A stretch of DNA of 64,000 nucleotides, from NCBI RefSeq assembly GCF_001194135.2, contig NC_068984.1, forward strand, positions 43,751,731-43,815,730, in the 5' to 3' direction. Positions 51,406 through 62,570 of the stretch are shown here, in pieces. How positions within the stretch are numbered: the stretch's first letter is position 1; the number at the start of each line of letters is the position of its first letter. A program made the position numbers and the translations under genes. The DNA is from Octopus bimaculoides (Eukaryota). The notes beneath the pieces were generated by a model, which was given only the letters and a program-made list of their open reading frames with translations, ran no database searches and was not told the DNA's origin.

Positions 51406-51665
51406 ATATATGTACATGTATATGTAGATCTATGTTTGTGTGTGTGTTTGTGCACGCAGACATAGATATATACCATTCATGCATACATGTATATATATAT
51501 ATATGTATATAGATATATATATTTATATATAGATATAAGTATATATATACATATATGTACATATGCATATATGTACATGTATATGTAGATCTATGTTTGT
51601 GTGTGTGTTTGTGCACGCAGACATAGATATATACCATTCATGCATACATGTATATATATATATAT
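51406..51665 (+). repeat. 161-bp tandem duplication of microsatellite-like sequence beside a gap
   Basis: GTAGATCTATGTTTGTGTG...GCACGCAGACATAGATATATACCATTCATGC starts at both 51424 and 51585. Confidence 0.85.
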
Positions 51666-53624
51666 GTATGACGGAATCAATACTTATTTATTTGGTATTT
51701 TTATTATCTTTATTATCATGCATGTATGGGCATCAGGTTTCTAAAGAACCAATCATTGGTTCTAAGTTTTCAAAGATCCAATCACTGAAAAATTATCGCG
51801 AAAACGAAAGAGAAAACCGGGGAATGGAGCGAAACAGCCCGGAACGTTTAACATGATAGACTACCGCTACAAATTTTCTTCAAAAACAATTTTTCCTTTA
51901 AAATCGATTAGCTTCCAACAAATCAAATCAGGGAAATGACAAAACAGTTCAAGGCTAACTGTATAATGAATACAGTGATTTACTTGTAAAATGTATTGAT
52001 TTTTACTTAATGTATAGATTTTCGTCTAATCCGGCTATTGGATACTATGTGTAAACAAATTTAGGAAACACGAGTCATATCATTTCAAAATCGACTTAGT
52101 TCGTCCATCGAAGATAATACAGTACAAATAAAAACGCACGATTCAGCCCTAGATTAAAAAGAAAATGCGTAATCGTTGAACTGGATGCATAAAAAGCACG
52201 AAAAATTTATTTCTAGTTTTGCCAGAAGCAAATCAGTACCAGACGAAAATAATGGCAATCTAAATGAAAGGCTGGACATTAATAATGGAATCCCGCAAAT
52301 AAAACAGAAAAGGAGAAAATGACATGATAGGAATATGTTTCTATTCTATATGCATCTTTTATATCCATATTCTAACCTAAAAATGATATTTTCGTATAAA
52401 ACTTAGAAAATTAAACATCTAATTGAATCTGATAACATTTTTATAACAAATCATACCATGTCTATTGAGGAGGCCAAAAGTCAACAATGTGTTGAAGTAT
52501 TAAATCAAAAGGGATTTAACTCTTTTAATTCAATCCCTTGTCGCCACATAAATTCAATTTGTTAATGGGGAGATAGCTCAATTTTTTAATGTCAATTTTT
52601 AATGGTGGTATGATAACCATAAAGTACCAAGATATATTCTGAAAGCCCCGAAATATTAAAATATCAAAACTCGAAATAGAACACTTTATGGAAAGAAAAG
52701 ATAAGGAAATCACAAACAACGAACAATAAATAAAACATAGAATGTGTAAACCATGTGACATGTGCAAAACAATCGAAGCAAACAACAAAGCACAACAAAA
52801 CTAAACCTTAGAAGACCTAAGTAATACTGATCAGCAAAAAGCAAACCAGTACCCGGACTAGAATGTATATGTAAGGAAACAGCGAAAAGCATTAAGAATA
52901 GAAATTTCTAAAGATGGAATTCACAAACAAGATAATTTAAAAGTGGAAATAATTTAAGAATTAAAATCAATGTTTCTATGTACATTAATATTTAACAAAA
53001 TGAGATTACTTAAAACAGTATATGTAGCAGCCACAGTCGTTACAAAAGAAAGTGGGTGTACCCTTCGTTCTACTCATATAAGAATACTGAAACTTATGTA
53101 AACAACTTCGAAAACAAATATACAGAAAATATATAAAAAAAATATTTCAATTCTAACAAAATAACATAAATTGAATAAAAACAAGAGAAAAATACTATAG
53201 AAATATAACTTAATAAAAAAAAAATGCACTCGAAATGAATGAATATCTGAAAAGAAGATATTGCTAAATCGCAAATAATCAGTCGGTATGAAAAGCGACA
53301 ACGATTCTTTGAAGAAAGCAAACACTTCGACTCCAACCCGAACCGATTTCATCATGAACTAGACAAAAATATAACAGAAATCAATGCAGTACTAACAACA
53401 AAAAAAGTAGCGGAATTCTTGGGAGGAGTATGGGCAGCGAGTAAGACAACACAGACGAGATTGATCAACACAAGAAGCTCAACACCTGAACAATAGTAGA
53501 AGAGCCATATCAACACAAAGTGTTCAGATGTTCTACAAAAAGCAAGCTATTGGCAAACATTGGGAAAATGATAAGATTCTAATCTTCTGGTTAAAATATT
53601 CAAAAGAGAGACATCGTATACAAC

Positions 53625-53905
53625 AACAACAATAACAATTCTTTCTTGTACAAGTACAAGGTTTGAAATTTTGCGGGGAGGCGGCAAGTGCTCAACTGGT
53701 ACTATTTTTATTTACCCGAAAGTATGAAAATCAAAATCAACCTCTGCGGTATTTGAAGTGAGAACATGTCGAGGGAGATGGTTAGTCGATTAAATTGCCT
53801 CTAGTACTTGACTAGTTCTTTGTTTTATTGACCCCGGAAGGATAAAGGGCAAAGTTTACATCGGTTGGACTTGAACTAAAAAAGTAAACAGCCGGAAGAA
53901 AAACC
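53625..53905 (-). mobile_element. SINE-A, degenerate or double
   Basis: (AAC)n-TTCTTTCTTGTACAAG..GAAATTTTGCGGGGAGG..CAACTGGTACTATTTT..TTAGTCGATT..TTTATTGACCCCGGAAGGAT. Confidence 0.75.
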
Positions 53906-54839
53906 GTAATGATTTTTGTTGGATGGATGATTTAAAACTATACACAACAATCAACAGTCTTCTGGAAAAAATCAACAGAAACGGCATAAATTTTCCAAGA
54001 TATGAGAATGAGCGTGGGATTAAGCATGTGTACTTGAGTTGCTCAAAGACTGGGAAAATTAAATTAAAACTTGAAAAATTAAGTTAGATTTCGATAGTGA
54101 AATCAGAGAGCGAATAGAGAACCACCCGTACAAGTAATTAGGAAAAGATGAAACTGATAAGCCGCAACAGACAGAAATGAAGGAGATAATTAGAAAATAT
54201 TACCACAGAGAAGCCAGATTAATATTAAAAACTGAACTCAATGCCAGATATATGATTATAGGTATAAATATACTCGCCATTCCAATCATAAACTACATCT
54301 TCAATATAATAAATTGAAAATTACGTGAAGTGAAAAATTTAGAATCAGAAAATTACTCACTACATTCCTAAACGTTTTTTTTAAAGCTGATATAGATAGG
54401 CAGATATAAAATAACTATCGCGTGCAGAAAAAGGAAAGAGTCTGGTATACTAAAAAAACAATTGACCACATAGAGTTTAGAAAAATAGCCAGAAGCAAGT
54501 AAACGTTGACTGATTGGTGTAATAAGGCAACAGGAATAACAAACTAACAAAAAGTAAACATTTTTACATATAAGCTATAATAATATATAAACTAGAGGGC
54601 AATTACACCGAGAAAAAATGTCTGAATACAAATAAAAGAAAAAATGAGCAAATAAAAAATATAAAATCGAAACGAAAATAATGAAGAAAAGAGGGAGAGA
54701 AAAACCTTTTATGGTGTCCTACAAGACAGCTCAGTGTAGGTAGAGAGGAAATGAACTAATTTGAAAGCGAAGAATCAAAAGCTCTGGACCAAAGGTTGAC
54801 GGTCTGTTTTTAACTGTACAATTTCTATACATAGACACT

Positions 54840-55258
54840 AGGAGTGGCTGTGTGGTAAGTAGCTTGCTTACTAACCACATGGTTCCGGGTTCAGTCCCAC
54901 TGCGTGGCACCTTGGGCAAGTGTCTTCTACTATAGCCTCGGGCCGACCAAAGCCTTGTGAGTGGATTTGGTAGACGGAAACTGAAAGAAGCCCGTCGTAT
55001 ATATGTATATATATATATATGTGTGTGTGTATATGTTTGCATGTCTGTGTTTGTCCCCCCAACATCGCTTGACAACCGATGGTGGTGTGTTTACGTCCCC
55101 GTAACTTAGCGGTTCGGCAAAAGACACCGATAGAAATAAGTACTAGGCTTCCAAAGAATAAGTCCTGGGGTCGATTTGCTCGACTAAAGGTGGTGCTCCA
55201 ACATGACCACAGTCAAATGACTGAAACAAGTAAAAGAGTAAAAGAGTAAAAGAGTAAA
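54840..55258 (+). mobile_element. Full-length SINE-B (tRNA-derived head, internal (TA)(GT) linker, (AAAAGAGT)n tail)
   Basis: A box TGGCTGTGTGG, B box GGTTCAGTCCC, internal microsatellite at ~54998-55035 and a three-unit AAAAGAGT tail. At least seven partial copies elsewhere in the window. Confidence 0.93.
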
Positions 55259-55936
55259 CCACCAAAATGAAATAATAAGCATGAAGATAACGTCAACTAT
55301 AGGCTATACAATCAATATATGAAACAATCAATCATATAATTTCCGGTTGTCCAGTCCTCACAAAGACAGACATGATTCGATAGACTATTATATTTATTAG
55401 GCAATATGGAGATATTTCTACATGAGAACTAAAGATACTAAATCCGACAAAGGCATTTTTGTATGACTTAACCAGTGGAGAAGAACGACACCTCTGTGAT
55501 TTTTCAAGCCTTCTGTGACTAATGGGACAAAGCGAGAAAGTTCTTCAGAGAGCAGAGGCCTTCCTCAAATGACTGCACCACGCGGGACTCCACTAACGTT
55601 ACCTATGGGTCATGTGATGTGTGTTAATCTGGGAAATAAATTATATTACTCCCAAATCTACACTATGGGGTGTATGTGTCCAAACTGACATAGAAATCAA
55701 AGCGGCCCTAAATATTGTAAAGTCAGAAATGAGAGAAAACCTTTTCGACATCTTCAGACAAAAGTACGGACTAAAATATTGCGAGATGCTATCAAAGTAC
55801 CTTGACATGAAGTAAAGAACACGAACATTGGTTATAAAAGCTTACCAAGGTTTACAACTATAAACACAATTCAAAATTCTGTATTATTAGTGCAGCCACC
55901 CAGAGATTCTAGTTTCAATCCCAGCCAAGGCACAAG

Positions 55937-55978
55937 ACACCCGATGAAGGCTAGCGCGTACAAAACTGAAACGTGGTG
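55937..55978 (+). ncRNA. Degenerate hammerhead-like motif
   Basis: ACAC-CCGATGA-A-GG..ACT-GAAA-CGT-G-GTG: U4C change, weak stem II and G at position 17. Confidence 0.4.
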
Positions 55979-55994
55979 AAAGCATCAACCAAGA

Positions 55995-56431
55995 TGAGGG
56001 CATCACTCCAACGAATATGTAATATAAAATTCCTCATTCCAGGAAACACAGAATCGTAAAGTAGCAAATTTATTATATCTGCAGCAACACGATCCTCACT
56101 AGAAATTGAATTAAAGACTAAACCTAAAATAAGCAAAAAACATTCCTGCACTTGAAATGGTACGTGAATCATGCAAAGAACCATAAAGCATGTCTTGTTT
56201 TCTGAAAAAAATGTATGCATATGTGTACATATATTGGGTAGTCATTTTACTCCCCACAATGAACAAAACGACTAAAGTTGGCATTTATATACAGATAACA
56301 GACTGAATTATGTAATGGAAACTATTATACGCAAAAGAAGAACAGACTATCACCTTTCGAAACGTGTAAAATATATCCATAGTTCCTAGAATGTAGTTGA
56401 CAAATTCGCCTGCGTGATGTATTTTCTGAAA

Positions 56432-56492
<61 letters not shown>

Positions 56493-56990
56493 ATTGGATC
56501 AAGATATTCTATGCTAGCATGAATAAAATTTACCTTGAGACACTATAACGCAGAAAAGCTATTCTCTGTACCTGAAGTCACCACCTAATTTCAACTATAA
56601 GAATAAGCTGTGTTATTCATGTGAACCTTAAACTGTTTTAGAAAGTGACAATGTATGGGATATATTGATGCAAGTTGAAGTTATATCACTTTAACATACT
56701 GATAAACCATCACAAGAACAAATACTAAACTTCACATAATTTTCCATGATGAGAAAGACGATATTGTACTCTATCGATATAGCAATAGTAACGATAATAA
56801 TAACGTATAGAAGCTAGCTGAAAAGCTAAGGAATTAATTCAACGTAGTTGCTGAAATAAAAATTTATAGAATGTATATTACTCTATTTATAAGTGGTACA
56901 ACTGGAATGTTATAAAATCATTTCTGTAATGACCTTAACATACAATGAATAAGGATAGCCATAGAAAATATTACTATTAAATTCGGTAAA
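55995..56990 (+). pseudogene. Very decayed R4/Dong C-terminal relic
   Basis: FIISAA, RTIKHVL, TDK.I, IIFHDEK and NNNV*KLAEKL, in the order of the CCHC-RLE region seen at 32570 and 58300-59000. Confidence 0.5.
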
Positions 56991-57099
56991 CTTTGTCAGA
57001 GCGATCTCATGTAGCTTTAAATATATTCATACAATTTCCAAGATGTATTAATTTGTTTTGGAGAAGGAAAACTCTTAATGTATTTCTGAAACTATGAAT

Positions 57100-57148
57100 A
57101 ATAATAGTAATGATGATAATCATAATAATGATGCTGATGATGATGATG

Positions 57149-57212
<64 letters not shown>
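57100..57212 (+). repeat. (GAT)n(AAT)n microsatellite
   Basis: Read directly from the sequence. Confidence 0.97.
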
Positions 57213-57214
<2 letters not shown>

Positions 57215-57547
57215 GTATGAGCACAAACCGCAGAGAGTGGTGGAATTAGAGACTAGCAAAATCCTCTGAGATTTCCCAGTCCAAACAGATCGGGTGCGAG
57301 AGCATAACAGACCGGACCTAATGGTTGTGGACAAAGTGCATCGCATATGCTACTTTATAGTTGACGTTGCATGCCTCTTTGACTCTTGAATAGTCAAAAA
57401 GGAAGGCGAATAAAAACAGATAAATATAATCCTCTTAAGTACGAAATAGCCCGGTTATGGAAAATGAAAGTGAAAATAGTGCCAATTATTGTTGGATCCT
57501 TGGGAACAGTATCAGAAGGCAACAAGGGGAATATAAAGGAAATTAAC
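57213..57547 (+). pseudogene. R4/Dong RLE domain fragment between two (AAT)n tracts
   Basis: WYEHKPQRVVE..SKIL*DFPVQTDRVREHNRPDLMVVDKVHRICY..DVAC.FD..KYNPLKYEIARLWKMKVKIVPIIVGSLGTVS. Confidence 0.9.
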
Positions 57548-57561
57548 TAATAATAATAATA

Positions 57562-59140
57562 ATGGATGGTTTAAAGATCTTTTGGACGACCGAAAGTGAA
57601 ATGACCTAGTTTCAATAGTGCAGATATTCAGTAAGCATATCGGAATGGAATTTGGGACTAAAATGTGTGGTATGCTTATAATGCAAAAAAGGTAAAAAAG
57701 TGTCGTCTAATGTTGTAGAACTATCCAACGGCGAGAAAATCAAGGGTATTGAGGATATAAGTATCTGGGTTTTTTTGGAATATGACAAATTCAAGGAAAG
57801 TGAAATGAAGGAAAGCTTTAGGCCAGAATATCTCAGAAGAACCAAATTAATTATGGGGTGTACTCTTAATAGAAAAAATCAAGATCAGGGTGACGAACAC
57901 ATGGGATGTTTCCTTAAGGCGAGATCAGGGCGACGAACACATGGGATGTTTCCTTAAGGCGAGATGGCGCAAGTGTTCTTTGGTGGACAAAGAACGAGCT
58001 TGATGAAATGGACAGGAAAACCAGAAAAGTGATGAGAATTAACAAGGAACTATACCAAAAGCGATACTGTGCCTAGGAACAAGGGAGGAAGGGGTCTCGT
58101 ATGACGCAAGATCTGTGTTGTCAACGAGAAGAGTTTGAGATGGTACATCAAAGAGCAGAGTGAATCTTTGCTTGTCGCTGTCAGAATTAACAATACAATA
58201 TCTACCGAAAATGTGATGCACCCACAAATATTTAAGAAACAAGATGAAGAAAGAATAAACAATTGGAAGGTGAAATCACTGCATGGGCAATGCCTCAGAG
58301 AAATCGGAAGAAGAGACAAGACCAACACCTAAAGATGGCTAAGAAAAAGTGATCTGAAAGGATGCACTGAGACATTGATATGTAGCGCCCAGGAACAAGC
58401 TCTGAGAGCAATTACACCAAGTTCCAAATAGATAAGCACAGCGAATCACCCCTTTGTAGGATGTATGGCAGCAAAAACGAAACAATCTCACGTGTTGTGA
58501 GTGAGTGTAGCAAACTAGTCCAAAACTCTACAAAAGAAGGTACGATAATGTGACTAAGTTTGTTCACTGGAGGCTATGTGAAAAGTACGGCCTGGACAGA
58601 GCACAGAAATGGTACGAACATGGACCAGAAGAGGTCACCGAGAACAAGGAATATAAGATACTGTGTGATTTTACAATCCAATGTTACTCCTTAATCGAAA
58701 CTCGGAGACCAGATATTGTTGTGGTAGATAAAAGAAAAATGGAAATCATGAATTATAGATATTGAAATACCTGGGGATGCACGTATAAGTGACAAAGAAC
58801 TAGAAAAGGTTGAAAAATGCAGACTACTAAAAGACGAAATTGTAAGAATGTGGATTATGGGGAGAATGTCTGTCATTCCAGTAGTTGCAGGGGCACTCGG
58901 AGCACTAACGACCAAGTTCAAGAAATATGTCAGAGAAATCGGATTTGACATGAGAGCAGAGCAAGCCCAAAAATCTACGTTGCTAGGAACAAGGATTTTG
59001 AAATTGGTACTTGGATATCTCCCACGATATTTAACAACAATGAATCAAAGCTTATAATGTGCGGAAAGAGACTCTGTGTGATCTTTGACAACAGGCCGTT
59101 GTCCGCTGTCATAGAATCAATCAGAGCAAACAAGACCGAG
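57562..59140 (+). pseudogene. R4/Dong element 3' half (RT end, CCHC, RLE, 3' UTR), 5'-truncated at (AAT)n
   Basis: MDGLKIF, FSKHIGMEFG, YLRRTKLI, ELDEMDRKTRK, GGRGL, WKVKSLHGQCL, TETLICSAQEQAL, HDNVTKFVHWRLCEKYGL, WYEHGPE, ILCDFTIQ, RRPDIVVVDK, IPVVAGALG. Confidence 0.93.
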
Positions 59141-59170
59141 CAGCAGCAACAACTACAACAACAACAACAG

Positions 59171-59362
59171 CACTTTCTTCTTGGGGGAGGGAGAGTAGTT
59201 GATTATAGACCCCAGTATTTCACTGGTTCTTAATTTATCGATCCCGAAAGGATGAAAGGCAAAGTGGACCTCGGCGGAATTTGAACTCAGAACGTAGCGA
59301 CAGGCGAAACACCGCTAAGCATTTCGTCTAGCATGATAATGATTCTGTCAGTTCACCGCCTT
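59171..59362 (-). mobile_element. SINE-A
   Basis: Near-consensus copy with a (CAA)-type tract on the left and (AAT)n on the right. Confidence 0.92.
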
Positions 59363-59825
59363 AATAATAATAATATTAATAATAATAATAAGGGTCACTT
59401 CCGTCGATTTCGTCGTATGAATATTGAAGGTTTGGTTAAAAAAAAAAGATTAAAAATAAAGAAACTTCATAGATTTTAGTATGAAGCCAGAACGGGACAA
59501 TAACGGTTTTCATTTTGCCTGGGATTGGACAAATTCTTTTAGTGTTTTGTTTCTTCAATTCAAATTATTTAAATGCTTCGTGACACATTTCATGCTACTC
59601 AGAGCAAATTCCATTTTGGGCGTCCCCGATCCACCGGCCCTGCATCCAGGAAGCCTTTTATGTACATGGAATTAATATACAGTAGAGTCTAGGATTTTGG
59701 ACGAGAGAGTGTGATGGGTGTCATAATCCCCTAGCATCTTTCTAGAGCATCCTTCTAGAGATGGTATCTCGATAAAAATACTAGTTCGTAATTGACCTAA
59801 ACACAAACCTCAGTATTGAGTGAAA

Positions 59826-62470
59826 ATGTCCCATACAAGTATATCGAATAATGGTGTTTATGAATCTGGAACCAATTTTGAATGTCTTTTGCTCGGCAGG
59901 TCCCCTTTGGTTGAGTAGCGCTTGCCCGGTCGTCATCCAGAGACTGCTCATACTGAAAATCAAAGGCAGAGATAATGGTAGGACAAGGAGGCAAACCAAA
60001 TTTTAATTGAGAGCTGGATCCGAAGTGAACCCAGTAGAAAGGGACACCGAAAATTCATGGAATCAAAATGGCATGAAATAAGACACTTTGAGATAAGTGA
60101 GCAAGAAGTAGCCGATTAGGCAAGAACAATAATAACAAATGCGTGGTTAACAGACATGGAAAGTGAATAAATGAAAAAGAAAATAGGAAAAAAAAATACC
60201 TGATAATATTGCACCAGCAGATATCATGTCTTATGAGGACAGAGAAATGAGTGATAGTGGTGGAGATGTAGGGCAAGATGTAAATGCATTGTCAGCAAAT
60301 GAAACAGTGATAATGGGAAGAGATATAAGGACACGATGGTTATCAACAAGATGTAGTGAGGATATATTAGAGAAGACCAGGCTGAAACACCCCCCGATCT
60401 GAGATATGCTAATAGGTGTAGGCTAAAAGCAGAAACCGAGAGAATAAATTCGGTTCTTGGATTATTTCAGATGGGTAATATAATTGAAACCAACAAGATT
60501 ATCAGGGTTGCTGCATAGGTTAGCACGGAGAGGTTTGGATATAAAAGAAGAGAACAAACAGTACGTAAAAAACAATATTGACGAAAACGAATTTGTGAGA
60601 AACTGACTAAATTAAAAAGACATTTAGAACAAGTTCATAGACTGAAAAGATGGGAACAGCAAAATGAAAAGATAAGAATAAAGCTGGAAAGAAAATATGG
60701 AATAAAAGATAAAGGATATGAATGAGTAGCAATGAGGAAATCATTGGAGATATGGCAATAAAAGAAAATTCAGGTAGAGCATATTGTTTTTTTTAGCCAA
60801 TCAGAGTAAGAAGTGTTTGAGCAATTAGATGGACAATTACACATAACACTGACCTTTGATGTAACGAAAGCCGAGCCTTTCGTGGGGAAATCTGGGATCA
60901 ATCTATAGAGCATAATGATAATGTGGAGTGGTTGCATGAAATCCAAGATAGGTTAAGAAACATACAGTCAAGACAGCAACAATAAATACAGGAAAGATAA
61001 AGACAGGTAAGTAAAATACCAAATTGGAAGAGTCCAGGACCGGATGGTTTTCAAAGATATTGGATAGAGATACCGAGAGAGCTCTACGAAAGGATAGCAG
61101 AACAGCTGGATAAATGCTTGCAGGAAGGCTCAGGACCCAGTTGGATGACAATGAGAGAGACATTGTTATATGTTAAATGATCTTGAAAAGAGTTACATTG
61201 TATCCAACTTTCGACCAACAACGTGTCTTCCGCTTTTGTGGAAATAACTGTCAGCTGTTTTGGTTGGCGAATTGTTTGGATACTTAGACAAAATGTGGGC
61301 TACTACTGACTGAGCAGAAAGAGTGTCGAAAGAAGAGCCGGGGAACGAAAGATCAGCTATTAGTTGACAGGTTAATCATTAGAAACTGGTATGAAAATTA
61401 CACACATTTGAACATAGCATAGATTGATTATAGCAAAATATATATGATGTCACACTCATTGATAACCAGAACTACGAAACTGTATGAAATAGCAAAAAAC
61501 ATGAGGAGCCTTATATGGAACAGTATGAAGTGTTGGCAAACAGAATTGGCAGCAGGGAATCAGGTGTTAGGAGGAGTGAAAATCAAGAGAGGAATTTTCC
61601 AGGGAAGCAGTGTATTCCAGCTGATCTCTGTATTGGGAATGGTTCCCTTGAGTGAAATGCCGCGGAAGACAAAGTTGGGGTACGATCTGGGAAGTGGAAA
61701 AGGAAGGCTCAATAGTCTTCTATTTATGAATGATTTGAAGTAATTGACAAAATTTGAGTGAGAATTGGATAGTCTAGTCCATTCTGTGCGGATCAAGATG
61801 GAGTTTGGACTTTCAAAATGTGTTGCGATGGTGAAACAAGAAAAGTTTGTCATTACAGGAGGAACCTGTATGCCAAGTGGTAAAATGATGAAAGCAATTG
61901 AACCTGAATCCGGATATAATATGGTAATACTTTGAATCAAGCACAGTGATACTAAAGAAAAGGCAAAGAAAGAGTATTTGCGGCGAATAAGAAAAATATT
62001 GGATTCAAAGCTGAATGTCAGAATCATAATTTCGGTAATAAACTCGCGCGCAGCCGCAGTGGTCCGGCATGGTATTGGAATTAAAAAAAAGCTCCTAACA
62101 ATGCGTGTAGTCCATCACCCACATTCAGACACTGATCGCCTATACACAAGGAGAGCGAATAGAGGAAGGCCATTGATAAATATGGAAGACTGCATGCATA
62201 TTGAATCGGTGTATCTAATCGGTGTATTAATAGCAACTTGTGACAATTTATCTCTAAAAGAAACGGAGAAACTCAAAATACAAAGATCTGAAAATAGGGG
62301 ACACTCGAATGTAGAATCTAAAAACAGAAACTATTCTTATAATACTAGGTGCATTAGGTATGATTAAAAAACATAAAAACAAAGACCAGGATATATGAAT
62401 GTATATAACACACAGTAGATAGCACTACTATGCACCGCGCACATCCTACGTAAAGCACTTTCAATCCACT
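59826..62470 (+). pseudogene. R4/Dong element with ORF start, N-terminal domain and RT, joined to an RLE 3' end
   Basis: In-frame ATG 59826 ..PGRHP..WIRSEPSRKGHRKFMESKW..FEISEQEVAD*ARTIITNAWLTDME; IPNWKSPGPDG; FRPTTCLPLLWK; CRKKSRGTKDQLLVD; VKIKRGIFQG; LNSLLFMNDLK; EYLRRIRKILDSKLN; HPHSDTDRLY; then the sequence jumps at ~62205 to an RLE tail. Confidence 0.92.
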
Positions 62471-62504
62471 GAAACAACAACAGCAACAACATCAACAACA
62501 ACAA

Positions 62505-62570
62505 CAATAATCCTTTCTGTTATAGACACAAGGCCTGATTTTGTGGGGGAAGGGGTAAATCGATTAGAGA
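62505..62570 (-). mobile_element. SINE-A 3' tail fragment
   Basis: AATAATCCTTTCTGTTATAGACACAAGGCCTGATTTTGTGGGGGAAGGGGTAAATCGATTA. Confidence 0.75.

Larger units (their letters stand above)
52560..55880 (+). pseudogene. Heavily decayed, nearly full-length R4/Dong element split by SINE-A and SINE-B insertions
   Basis: Motifs in the expected order: ISKLEIE, IISRYEKRQRFFEESKHFDSNPNRFHHEL, MDDLKLY, ILKTELNARYMIIGINILAIP, ETINHIISGCPVL (CCHC region), TLWGVCVQTDIEIKA, LSKYLD. The central RT segment appears deleted around the SINE-A. Confidence 0.8.

Noticed and set aside
691-51856. Long ORFs in the track (poly-X, YIYI, VCVC, poly-L/F/N/T/H)
   Set aside because: They are translations of N gaps and di- or trinucleotide microsatellites, with no domain content or splice context.
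59893-59945. HDV-like ribozyme (GGCAGGT pairing with GCTTGCC)
   Set aside because: It lies inside the Dong reading frame and lacks the L3/P1.1 consensus and a P2/P4 arrangement.
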